A DNA stretch of 60,684 bases, the filler included, from Nemertoderma westbladi (taxonomy: Eukaryota; Animalia; Xenacoelomorpha), in the NCBI GenBank assembly GCA_032718475.1. It is 2 parts of 2 records of this genome, joined end to end, with 100 filler letters (N's around TTAATTAATTAA, not from the genome) between each part and the next. Parts side by side here need not be neighbours in the genome. Positions count along the whole stretch, not along the records: positions 28,724 to 60,684 come from JAUCBJ010000057.1; 1 more part is not named here. The stretch is one strand, 5' to 3'. The translations under genes and the position numbers were made by a program. This document shows, one piece after another, positions 34,555 to 44,440 of the stretch (positions are counted from its first letter, which is position 1; every line of letters begins with the position of its first letter). The notes beneath the pieces were generated by a model. It worked only from the letters and a program-made list of their open reading frames with translations, had not been told where the DNA came from and did no database searches.

Positions 34555-34603
34555 TTCTAACTTGGGAACTGATGCTGAATCTGGTGGCGTTGACTTTGCT
34601 TTA

Positions 34604-36403
34604 CTAAATAAAGGCTAGTCTTGGCTTATGAGCCCCCTCTCGTTGTACTAAGTAGAGTGCCGCTCCGTACGCTTCCAACGACGCGTCGGAGAACATGTGT
34701 AGGTCCAGATTCGTCATGTTCCCATCCGGGAAATACACCCTTGGCATGTTGTATGTTCCCATCTTCTCCAAGTTTCCTGTCCACTTGCTCCACTGTTTCT
34801 TGATTTCCTCTGGTACCTCTACGTCCCACTCATCTTTCAATTTGTATACTCTCTTGAGTATCTGTTTCCCCGTGACTAATAATGGGGATGCTAGGCCTAG
34901 GGGATCGTATATCCTTGCTATATACGATACATAACCCCTCTTCGTGTGGATGTCTGCACCCTCCTGGCTCAGCTGATACTTCAGTTCGTCTGTCTCTCTA
35001 TCCCACACGATTCCCAATGCCTTCTGCTGGGATTCCGTTCTCTTAATCGCCATGTCCTGCCCTTTGGCTGTTGTGGGATTATCCATGGTCGATTCTGGTT
35101 TCCTGTCCTCTATGGCTTTGATAAATTCTTCCGAACTGGATTGGAATTTGGTCAGGTTAAAGCCGGATCCCTTTAGGATGTCGCGAACCTCGCGCCCTGT
35201 ATCCAGTATCTCCTTAACCGTATTTCCAGACTCCATTCCGTCGTCTACGTAGAAGCCGCGTCGAATCATATCGACGGCCCTACTGCTGTATTTATCTTCC
35301 TTCCCCTTTACTGTGTCTCTCACTGCCATAGTCGTCGTAAATGAAGACGACTTGGCCCTCATGTTCTGTACTATCATCTTGTATGCTGGTATTATCGGCG
35401 GTTCTTCTTCGCCGTTATACCATAAGAAGCGTTGACTGTCGCTATCTTCTTCCGTTACACGGACTTGGTTGAACATGCCTTCTATGTCACATGTGAAGGC
35501 GTGTTTCCCATTTCTAAATCTAAGTAACACCTCTATGCCCGAATTGTAAATGTTTGGGCCTTCTAACAGGTAATCGTTTAAGCACTTCCCGTCGGTCTTT
35601 GCCGATGCGTCGACTACCATCCTTAGTTTACCTTTCTTTGGATCTAAAGCCACGTGCAGTGGCAGGTAATATGTTCTATCCGTGTTCGGCTCGTCGACCG
35701 GTAACTCCACAGCCCATCCTTTCTCGACGTACTTCTTAATTGTTCTGTGGATGTACTCATTCTTCTCGGGGCTCCGTTTTAGTGTTTGTTTCAGTTTGCG
35801 GAGTCTCGTGAGTACCATCCCCCTATTGTCGGGCAGCGGTATCTTCGGTAGTTTCCATACCATTCCTATAGTATACCGTCCCTCATCGCACGTCATTGAT
35901 TCCTCCACGCTTTGTAGAGCCTGCTTGTCTTCTACCGAGGTCCCGACCCCAGTTTCTTTCAGTCCCTCGAAATCCTGCCTGAGCAGTCTTTTGAGCTGCT
36001 CCTCTGCTCCCTCGTCACCCATTTCCTGCATTGTCCCCGCGAACATGCATCCTGATGTCTCTGACATCCTAAATGGTATTTTGCTCTTGATTGGACCACT
36101 CAGCGTCCACCCGAATGGTGTTAATATGGCCACCGGGTCGCTCTGCTTGTCTTCGCCGAAGACCGTTTGCATTCTTTCGTGGGCCGTCGGGCAGTCCATA
36201 CCTACTATGATGGATACCTTCCTAACGTCCACGTCTGGGATTGAGAAGTCAATGTTGTCCAGGAATTTATACTGCTCGACCTCGATGTTGGTTGGCCGCC
36301 TGGCATTGATATTAATTGACTCTATCACTTGAATGGGGTCGATGGTTGCCCCATAGTCGCACCCTGGTGCCACTGCTGCAATTGCGCACCGTCCTGTTCT
36401 CAT
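34604..36403 (-). CDS. BEL/Pao pol fragment: protease C-terminal part + reverse transcriptase + start of RNase H
   Basis: TPFGWTLSG, YYLPLH, KLRMVVDAS, LNDYLLEGP, DIEGMFNQV, QRFLW, FYVDDG, YDPLG, FSDASLEAYGA. Confidence 0.9.
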   Translation of the reverse strand: MRTGRCAIAAVAPGCDYGATIDPIQVIESININARRPTNIEVEQYKFLDNIDFSIPDVDVRKVSIIVGMDCPTAHERMQTVFGEDKQSDPVAILTPFGWTLSGPIKSKIPFRMSETSGCMFAGTMQEMGDEGAEEQLKRLLRQDFEGLKETGVGTSVEDKQALQSVEESMTCDEGRYTIGMVWKLPKIPLPDNRGMVLTRLRKLKQTLKRSPEKNEYIHRTIKKYVEKGWAVELPVDEPNTDRTYYLPLHVALDPKKGKLRMVVDASAKTDGKCLNDYLLEGPNIYNSGIEVLLRFRNGKHAFTCDIEGMFNQVRVTEEDSDSQRFLWYNGEEEPPIIPAYKMIVQNMRAKSSSFTTTMAVRDTVKGKEDKYSSRAVDMIRRGFYVDDGMESGNTVKEILDTGREVRDILKGSGFNLTKFQSSSEEFIKAIEDRKPESTMDNPTTAKGQDMAIKRTESQQKALGIVWDRETDELKYQLSQEGADIHTKRGYVSYIARIYDPLGLASPLLVTGKQILKRVYKLKDEWDVEVPEEIKKQWSKWTGNLEKMGTYNMPRVYFPDGNMTNLDLHMFSDASLEAYGAALYLVQREGAHKPRLAFI

Positions 36404-37878
36404 CTCCAGGATCTCATCTCCAGGATGCTAGAGATGGTTGTTACTGCCATCCTGCTTGGCCTCGTTCTCAATCCTATCTCCTCGGCCACCCATTCCTCGA
36501 CTAATGTGAAGGCAGCTCCACTATCAACCAGCATTAGTGTTGTTACTGATCGATTGCCTTCCCCGATCACTCGTACTGGTACTACTCCAAGTAGCACCGT
36601 TCCTCTCTTCTTCGCCCCTACTGTGCTCGTCGCCATCATTTGGCCTCTCCTTTGGCCAAATTTCATTGGCTTCTCCTTGCACTCCCTTGCTCTATGTCCA
36701 CTCATTACATATCGCGAGCAGATTTTATTGCTGAACGCATAATCTATCTGATCTTGCCTAGGTAGCGCCTGCCAGTACCTGCAGTTCATAGTTTGATGAA
36801 GCGCATTTGCGTGTAGCTGACATTTGCTCTTTGGGTCGTAGCCCTCTTTATACAGTGCATTGCGTATCGCAGTTGCGTTCGTACCAAAGTCCCTACTATT
36901 TTTATTGTTTGGGTTTTGCCTATTGGACATACTGGGGTTACGTTTGTTCGTGTTATTATTGTTTCCCTGTCCGTTCCATGATGTCTTATCCTCGGCTAGC
37001 TGTGGACTTGCAGTCCCCTGCGTCGTTGCATATGGCAATGATTGCCTGAGTCTCGGTAATGCGTTCGATGTGTTGTGCTCTGGTTTCGGTCTATGGTAGT
37101 CTGTCTTCGGTCCCTTTCCCAGGCTGTCTTCGCTATAGACTGGGTCAGTTATTAGTTCAGCCTCGTAGTTTAAGAAGTTTGACATTTCTTCTAAACCCGG
37201 TTCCGCACCCTTCTTATCTCGAGTGGAGAAGGCGATTTTCCTCCACTTGTTGCGCAGCCAGTTTGGTAGTGCCTGCGCTATCGTGGTGATGTTGTTGGAT
37301 GCATTGAGTTCGTACGGCGCGTCTAGCGTCTTCAGCACGATTAGCGCCTTTTCGACTTTGTTAGCGAACGTCTTAATGCTAACAGGATTATCCTGTAGGC
37401 CACCCGATGTTATGCCTCTCAGCGTCTGCCTGATGATCTTGGCCGGGTGCCCGTATTCCCTATCCAGTGCCCGCCATGCTGTCATGAAGCCGCCCTCTAT
37501 TCCTTGATATTGCCTCACGATGTCGTATGCTGGGCCTCCCGTGTATACTTGCAGATACTTTAGGCACTCCGCCTGCGTCAAGTTCTTTGTTAGTATTTCG
37601 TTACTATACATGCGCCGAAACTGTAGATATTCTTCCGGCCTGCTCCCATCGAATTTGAATGGTTCCACGGGTGGTAACTCGATCCTCGTTTTCAACGCAT
37701 CGATCAACGTGGCCATCCCCATTGCCTGCACTTCCAATGGATTCGATGGATGCTGCATAGTTTCTCCTATCTGGTGCGTTCCGTCTGTCCTATTTCTTGA
37801 CTTTCTCTGACTCGGGTATGTCATCGGGGGTAGCGGCCCCCTCCATATGTCTGTATCACACGACCTATTCTCATCCAA
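36400..37878 (-). CDS. BEL/Pao gag core (DUF1759-like, Cys/His motifs) + protease N-terminal part
   Basis: LPPVEPFKFDGSRPEEY, LDREYGHP, CQLH...HQTMNC, CSRYVMSGHRAREC, protease LVDSGA; homologous to the N-terminal part of the 55242-60632 ORF. Confidence 0.88.
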   Translation of the reverse strand: MDENRSCDTDIWRGPLPPMTYPSQRKSRNRTDGTHQIGETMQHPSNPLEVQAMGMATLIDALKTRIELPPVEPFKFDGSRPEEYLQFRRMYSNEILTKNLTQAECLKYLQVYTGGPAYDIVRQYQGIEGGFMTAWRALDREYGHPAKIIRQTLRGITSGGLQDNPVSIKTFANKVEKALIVLKTLDAPYELNASNNITTIAQALPNWLRNKWRKIAFSTRDKKGAEPGLEEMSNFLNYEAELITDPVYSEDSLGKGPKTDYHRPKPEHNTSNALPRLRQSLPYATTQGTASPQLAEDKTSWNGQGNNNNTNKRNPSMSNRQNPNNKNSRDFGTNATAIRNALYKEGYDPKSKCQLHANALHQTMNCRYWQALPRQDQIDYAFSNKICSRYVMSGHRARECKEKPMKFGQRRGQMMATSTVGAKKRGTVLLGVVPVRVIGEGNRSVTTLMLVDSGAAFTLVEEWVAEEIGLRTRPSRMAVTTISSILEMRSWR

Positions 37879-37936
37879 GGGTCTCGTTGTTCTTGCCCCT
37901 ATCGGGGTATATTGTTGATATTGTGATGGGGGAATG

Positions 37937-40900
37937 TCACCCTGTCCCCCCCCCCCCCACCGGTATGTCTGGTACTGGGGTTGATGTTAATATGTTGGGG
38001 CCCATACATCTATCCGCAATAATTCCCCCCTCCCCTGGGTATATGTTATGTCCCTGCATGCTGTAGTCATACTGCTGTGCTGGTACCGGTATAGGCCTAT
38101 CAGCTTCTGGCCTACTCGCCGGTATGTATTCCGCGACTTCCGGGTTTAATCCCGTTGTCCACGCCATCCTATCGCCTACATTGCCTCTCTCAGTATGGCC
38201 TATGGTATGTGCAGTAAGGCCTACAGTATGTCCTACAGTCTGCATGTGTCGTTCGGGATCGAAGTTTATTCTTCTCGAATAATCCTCCCCGCGGCTACCG
38301 TATTCTCGATCTATAGGTGTATTCCGTCGGAAAGTTTCTCTTCGACCCCCCCCTCTACTGTTCTCGTCTTCGTACCGGTACATCGCGTACCCCTCCATCG
38401 GCGCGTAGTGCGCCTCGCCGGGTCGCATCTCTCCGGGGCGACGGCAATCTCCCGGAGTCCGACCCCACTGACTCTCTGTTCTCATCTCGACTACCGACGG
38501 CTCGCTATCCGTCCTCGCTCTTCTATCGTTCGCGGCGATACTTCTACTACTGTCTTCCTTTCTTCTCCTATCAGTGGAATATTCCCGCTCGTGAGATCTC
38601 TCGTCGACCTCCCGGTTAAACCCCACTGTTCTTCTTCCTTCCTCTGATCGGGCTCGACGCTTCGTCCGCCCTCTCGCGACGTCAACCCGTCTCTCTCTGC
38701 TCGGTCGCACGCCGCTGGGGATATCCGCAATCCCCCTATTACTTTCCGTCGCCGGTTGTTGCGGTTTACCTATTTCGGCCCGCGCATTGTCCGCTGACGG
38801 CTGTGGGACACTCTCCGCCCCCCCCCCCCTCTCGCCGCTAACTCTCTGTTGTGGGGCCCTCGTAGCCCCACCCCACTCGCCGCTAACTTTCTGTTGTGGG
38901 GCCCTTGTAGCCCCCCCCCACTCGCTACATTTTACTTCGCTACCTCTCACCCCGCTACTATATACCTCTCTAGTCGACACATCAACCCTACCGCGGTCGG
39001 GTCTATTCACCCCCGCTTCTCCTCCTGCTATTGCGTGGCCTTCCAGGCCCTCTACTCCCTGCCTACCAACTACGTGGCCTACCAGGCCCTCTGCTCCCTG
39101 CCTACCAACTACATGGCCTACCAGGCCCTCATCTGCCTGGCTATACACGTCCGACGTGTTTACGTTAATAGCACCCATATTGGAAACAGAATTGATTTGC
39201 TCGTTTGGAACGAAATCATTTGTATTATTCTGCGCGACTACGCTATCTGAATTATTTTGTAAATTCGGGCTTGGATCATTATTTAAATTATTTGGATTAT
39301 CTTGCGTAATCGCGTTATTTAAATTATTTTGTAGGTTCGAATTTGGGTTATTATTTTGATTATTTGAATTATTTTGCGTAATTACATTAATATTAGAATT
39401 ATTTTCTACATTAATATTAGGATTGTTCTGATTTAAATTTAAATTACTACCACTAGGCAAAGTATTTCCTGCAATAAAGGTTTGATTAGAGTTGTCCCAT
39501 ACAGTACTATCAACATTAACAACGTCTACTGTATCATTATTGTCGTTACCCCCCCCGCCCGTACGGTCACACCAGTTTTGGGTCTGTCGCGCGGTCCCTG
39601 TCAGTGGGGTATTAATAAATGTATCTACGGCCCCCAGCTCCCCAAAAATACTCGAGCCGGCCCCGCTTTCAGACGGCGACGCTCGCACCAGTTGCAGCTC
39701 GTGCGCCCGTCTAATCCTATGTTCCGTAAGCTCACTCTGGCGTCTCTTTAATTCCTTGTACTCTCGTTCAGCCTCTGCCATTCTCCTCTCACACTCCTGG
39801 GTGTCCCGGGCAGCCGACTCTGCTACACTCCTAGCGCTCTCCCTTCGTCTCACCTCGCGCTCCTTGCGTTCCTTTTCCCTTCTCGCCTCATGTTCCTTGC
39901 GTTCCGCCTCACGCTCTTTGCGTTCCCTTTCCTCCCTTGCCTCACGCTCCTTGCGTTCCCTTTCCTCTCTTGCCTCATATTCCTTGCGTTCCGCCTCACG
40001 CTCCCTACACTCCTTTTCCTCTATTTCCTCACACTCCCTAAGGCTTCTCAAAGCCCTTTCGGCCCTCTCTCCGGTTTCTCTAATCAATGCCGCTTCCCTC
40101 TCTAACCGCACTCTCCCCTCCTCTAACCGTTCCTCCATTTCCCTCTGACCTTGCTCTGCCATGTTGAGACGGTATGCGGCACCTATCTCTCTCACCACTC
40201 TTTCTTTCGCGGAGGATGTAGCAGACTTATCGGTTACGACGGACCCCCTCCGCCTTCCCGACCTACTAACTTTCCCCCGCTTCCCGGAACTTTCTCCGAC
40301 CGACGAGGCCGAATCCTCGGGGTTAACCTCGGATTCGCCCCCCTCGGGTCCCCTCCAACCCACTAATTTTACTCCCCGGGCATCGACCAAGTATGGCCCT
40401 ATGTACACTGGCGCTACGCTAGGTTCCATACTCCCACACTCCCATAGTTCAAACAGTTCGCCGGCAACCCCTTTTGCTCTCCCCTCGGCTAGTTCTCTCT
40501 GCCCAAAACGTATTAGGTAATTAAAGTGTCTATCCGACTCACCTAGTCGCTTTCTCAGTCTCACCTCGTCTACCTTCGCCCCTTCCTTCTTGGCGTCCTT
40601 TATTAGCTTCCGGGTCGCGTTGTAGGCCCGTCGAAGTCGCTCTGAAACCCCGACGTCCTCGTCGCCGACCTCTCCTCCGTCCCTCCGGGTTCGACGTCGT
40701 ACCGGCGGCTCCACCGTCGCCGTTCCGGTGGGCCGTCCGTCGCCCTCGGCCTGTAGCTGGCCGGCGACATCGGTACCGATGTCTCCTCCGTCTCTTCGCG
40801 TCCGGCGTCGCACCGTCGGCCCCACCGTCGCCGTTTCGGTGGGCCGCTCGTCGCCCTCGGCCTGTAGCTGGCCGGCGACATCGGTGCGCCGATCTCCGTC

Positions 40901-41107
40901 CCGTGTCGACTCATCTCCGTCTCCCTCCGTCTCGCTCTCCCTTCCTCTTGGCTCGACCTCTTGTTCCAGGCTCCCCTCGTCTTGAACTTCCGGTTCGCCC
41001 GTTATCGATGGCTCCGGCGTCGTGGGTCTATATCGCCTGGTTGCGGCTTCACGGATCGTTTGGTCTTCGTCCGGGGTCCGCGTCGGTGTCTCGCCCGATT
41101 GACTCAT
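37937..41107 (-). CDS. Long low-complexity N-terminal extension of BEL/Pao gag (1056 aa), joined to the next ORF by a frameshift in a G-run
   Basis: Starts 120 bp after the LTR; E/R-rich coiled coil, Asn-rich tract and internal repeats; the frame of the 36400-37878 ORF is open back to the G-run at ~37946-37958. Confidence 0.75.
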   Translation of the reverse strand: MSQSGETPTRTPDEDQTIREAATRRYRPTTPEPSITGEPEVQDEGSLEQEVEPRGRESETEGDGDESTRDGDRRTDVAGQLQAEGDERPTETATVGPTVRRRTRRDGGDIGTDVAGQLQAEGDGRPTGTATVEPPVRRRTRRDGGEVGDEDVGVSERLRRAYNATRKLIKDAKKEGAKVDEVRLRKRLGESDRHFNYLIRFGQRELAEGRAKGVAGELFELWECGSMEPSVAPVYIGPYLVDARGVKLVGWRGPEGGESEVNPEDSASSVGESSGKRGKVSRSGRRRGSVVTDKSATSSAKERVVREIGAAYRLNMAEQGQREMEERLEEGRVRLEREAALIRETGERAERALRSLRECEEIEEKECREREAERKEYEAREERERKEREAREERERKEREAERKEHEARREKERKEREVRRRESARSVAESAARDTQECERRMAEAEREYKELKRRQSELTEHRIRRAHELQLVRASPSESGAGSSIFGELGAVDTFINTPLTGTARQTQNWCDRTGGGGNDNNDTVDVVNVDSTVWDNSNQTFIAGNTLPSGSNLNLNQNNPNINVENNSNINVITQNNSNNQNNNPNSNLQNNLNNAITQDNPNNLNNDPSPNLQNNSDSVVAQNNTNDFVPNEQINSVSNMGAINVNTSDVYSQADEGLVGHVVGRQGAEGLVGHVVGRQGVEGLEGHAIAGGEAGVNRPDRGRVDVSTREVYSSGVRGSEVKCSEWGGATRAPQQKVSGEWGGATRAPQQRVSGERGGGAESVPQPSADNARAEIGKPQQPATESNRGIADIPSGVRPSRERRVDVARGRTKRRARSEEGRRTVGFNREVDERSHEREYSTDRRRKEDSSRSIAANDRRARTDSEPSVVEMRTESQWGRTPGDCRRPGEMRPGEAHYAPMEGYAMYRYEDENSRGGGRRETFRRNTPIDREYGSRGEDYSRRINFDPERHMQTVGHTVGLTAHTIGHTERGNVGDRMAWTTGLNPEVAEYIPASRPEADRPIPVPAQQYDYSMQGHNIYPGEGGIIADRCMGPNILTSTPVPDIPVGGGGTG

Positions 41108-41227
41108 CTCGCTGGTGATTGGTGGCTGATGGTTTGGCTAGCTAGGGCAGCGGTTGGTTTTAGTTACTGTGAGGGGATCCAGGAGGGATCCCGATTTATC
41201 CGGTATTTAGTTCACGCATCCCCGCCG

Positions 41228-41693
41228 TGTATAAAGAGTGAATGAAAGTAAAATGAGTTCTGAAGTTCGGTGTATAATAATAAAGGTATAAGATATAGAT
41301 ATATTGTATAGTATATGGAAGGCGGGATACGGTAACTAAAAGTCCCGTGCTCCCCTATCTAAACTAATCGATCTATGCTAGCACTACTGCACTGAGATAA
41401 CTGAATTACTGATATTGGGTTACTGGTTATATTACACGGTTGGCCTAATTACTACCTAATCGATGCTTGCCCCCCTCTGATTGGTTGATACCCTTGTTGG
41501 CGCCCTGTGGAGTGTTCCCGTTCACTCCATCTGTTCTCTCTGGGTTAGGGGTTTGGCCCCTGACCCTCTTTGTGTGCTTCCTTCCCATTCTTATTGGGAT
41601 GGCACGAGTTGGTTATTATCCAATCTCGTGGCTCCCAATATTGCTTATCGGCTTATAACTTTATGGGGTGTTAGCGGGATTGAATAAGCTAAC
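41228..41693 (-). repeat. Putative 5' LTR of BEL/Pao element 1 (~467 bp)
   Basis: On the minus strand it reads TGTTAGC...TTATACA once the 41694-43248 insertion and its TSD are removed (terminal base at 43252); contains CCAAT, TATA and Inr motifs. No second LTR is available for confirmation. Confidence 0.65.
41399..41431 (-). promoter_or_regulatory. Candidate LTR core promoter (TATAA + initiator TCAGTT)
   Basis: Minus-strand TATAA starts at 41431, 29 nt before the A of TCAGTT (41402); CCAAT upstream at ~41480. Confidence 0.5.
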
Positions 41694-43248
41694 CCCAGGT
41701 AGCACAGGACGTCCACGAAAGAAATTGAACGTTCATATTTGGTACTTTTTTATGCGAATCTGAACATCAATGAAATATTGTTCAAAATAGGTAACAATTG
41801 CTGACGTTGTGAGTAATTTACCAAATTGTGACGTTCACATTAGGTAATTTAACGTCCTAACTTTAAAGAAATTGAATATGTACCGAAACAAACGAATATT
41901 GAACGTTCAAATTGCGTCCAGTTATGCGTTCATTTCTTTGTACCTAAATATGTACGTTGTTTGAACATTTATGAACGTTCAAACATAATTTACTTTAACT
42001 TGTTATGTCAATGGCATGTTCAAACTTGTTCGTGATACAATTATCTGACTATTTATTATTGTGCAATTATTTTTTATGTTGGTTAGCCTATTCCTTGTAT
42101 GGTTGGTGTGGTTCCGCTTAGTTATATCTGGACTAATGGTTCATTCTCAATACAAAACAATTACTTTAAGTAATCGAAAAATTATTCACACAACAAAACA
42201 TTGATAACCAATACAATGCTGACGCATTTTGAAACATTTTAAACAACAAATAACATCAAAATTAGACAAAGGTGATTCTACTGATTACTAAAGCTAATAC
42301 ACTAGTACTATGTCACGAAAAATTGTAATAAAATTATTAGAATATATTAGGCCTATTGAACCAAGAAAATAACAAACAAAGAAAACCGCAAAAGTTTGTC
42401 TATTTTGATACCAACTGACCAAATACCATTACATTTTGTTGAGATAAATCGGATATATGGGCGTTGGAATGTTCAAACTTCTATCATGCGTAGGGTAATT
42501 TTTTTAATCGCAAAACATTATTTTTTATTTTACAAATTTATCATATTATATAAACCTTTCTTACGTTTCAATTGCTTTTTGTATGTATTATTGACTGATT
42601 GCATAGATAAAAAATTTCAAATATCAATTATAAGGTCATAAAATTAATGAATTTTTTTAAGATTCATCAATATGAATAATCTATTTTGGCTGGAAATAAG
42701 ATAAAATACAGAAATCTAACTAATCCAATGCGAATTTGTGGATCATCACCATAATATATCATGGATACTCTTATATCACTATCCATTAAATAATTTCATA
42801 TATACTCTGATGCTTCCTTCTCTAAATGTATAGGGTATTGTAGGTGTAGGGCCGTAGGATAGGGTGTAGGGATTGGATAAGGTAGGCTAACCCCCCCCCC
42901 CCCCCCCCCTCCCCTCTCTACACAGAACATGCACCAACAAACAGTGATTGGTTGGTCTCACGTTAAATTTTTACGTTTATTCAACCTAATATGGACCTAT
43001 AACACACCAGAAATGAACGTCTAGTAAAGTAAACACGTCATTTGAACATAGATTGCCTGTGGTCTCTTTTACGTTCAATTGCCCGTTCATATTACGGTAC
43101 TTCTGACGGCCAACTTTGAACTATTGAACGTTTAGCATCAATAGCATCTTATGGGAGAAATACAACGTCATATGAACATAAATCCAGAACGTCTGGACGA
43201 ATAATGAACGTAAATTTACCGTAAATTTACGTATTTGTGCTACCTGGG
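41694..43248. mobile_element. Non-autonomous CACTA/CMC-like DNA transposon, 1555 bp, 3-bp TSD
   Basis: TIRs CCCAGGTAGCACA / TGTGCTACCTGGG; AAC on both sides (41691-41693, 43249-43251); many subterminal (T)GAACGTTCA-type repeats at both ends. The superfamily is inferred from TSD length and architecture. Confidence 0.82.
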
Positions 43249-44174
43249 AACAGTATAGGATAATTATTTCCTGTATTACAGTGTTGCACAATGGTAAACA
43301 TTTAAAAGCCAATGCTGCAATGGGATGATTCATTCTTTAAGTTCCCTTTCAGCCTATGTAAATGATTGAGCCAATCAGGTTACAATTTACCGGCTTCAGT
43401 CCGCCATTTGTCCAGACAACAAAGAACGGATTCTTAGTTTGGAAGTCGATAATTTAAATTGACCGCGTGGATTTTGGCAATCCGCAGTCCGCAGTCCGCT
43501 CTTTACATGCACCCGGTAGGCAGGCCAAAGCATACAGAAGAATGTGTAAGGGGTGTTACGTATTCCTGTTCAAATTTCTGTAACACATGTATGGGCATGC
43601 ATTCTACCAATATTGTTAGTGTTTCATTCACGGATAATTCTGTACACGAATCTGGACCGAACTGGATCGAAAGAGTGGCGAACTGGATCGCCAAATGAAA
43701 GATAACCTAAAAACAACCATCCATGCAGACAGGTGAAAATTAATAGTGAATTTCAATTGGTCTTTTCATACATTATAAATTTAGTTGCTTATAAGATGTC
43801 GCTCAATTAAGATTGCTTGCTTCACATAAAACACTGCTGTACTCCTTTTAATTACCGCCTACCAGTAGCAGGTATCTGGGTTTATAGTGTTTATAGATTG
43901 CAGTATTTTGCGTACCGGTAGTTGTATTCAATGCAGCAATGAATGACAGTACCGGAAGCCAGAGTACACACGGTAAAGAAGTACCGGTATTCATAATTTA
44001 ATGAATTGTAATTCATTAAATTGAAATCGAGGCTACCGGTAAATAAATAAATATTGCTTATAATAAATTTAAATAAATAAATACAGAAATAGTAGTGCCA
44101 GATTTCTGGCGTTTGTTAAAAACACTGAACAGCGGAACGATGCCGATCAGCCGATCCGGACTGCCAGATCAGAA

Positions 44175-44440
44175 AGAGTCTATTAAATAGAAACCCTGTA
44201 TCGATCGCGACCAGGGACGATGGCGGCGGAGTCTATTAAACCCGAGACGGTGACGGCGGGCTGGCGGAGCCTATTAAACTCGGAACGATGGCGACGGAGT
44301 TTATTAAACCTGGGAAGATGACAGTGGAGTCTATTAAACCCGGGACGATGCGACGGCTGGACGGAGTCTATTAAACCCGGGACGATGACGGCGGAATCTA
44401 TTAAACCTAAACGATGGCTTCGATTCTGAGTCTATTAAGC
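44175..44440. repeat. Minisatellite inside the MULE, ~8 copies of GAGTCTATTAAACCCGGGACGATGGCGGC (30-40 bp)
   Basis: (G)TCTATTAAA recurs about eight times with GACGATG(G/A)CG linkers. Confidence 0.85.

Larger units (their letters stand above)
28724..41693 (-). mobile_element. BEL/Pao LTR retrotransposon 1 (>=13 kb; 3' LTR not seen, presumably in or beyond the gap) with accessory ORF
   Basis: 5' LTR candidate, gag-PR-RT-RH-IN with Pao motifs broken by three frameshifts, stem-loop array, then an extra same-strand ORF. No copy of the LTR between pol and the extra ORF. Confidence 0.85.

Noticed and set aside
32735-40985. Numerous plus-strand ORFs of 60-240 aa over the BEL/Pao genes (likewise over ATP11 and element 2)
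   Set aside because: Antisense shadows with no motifs.
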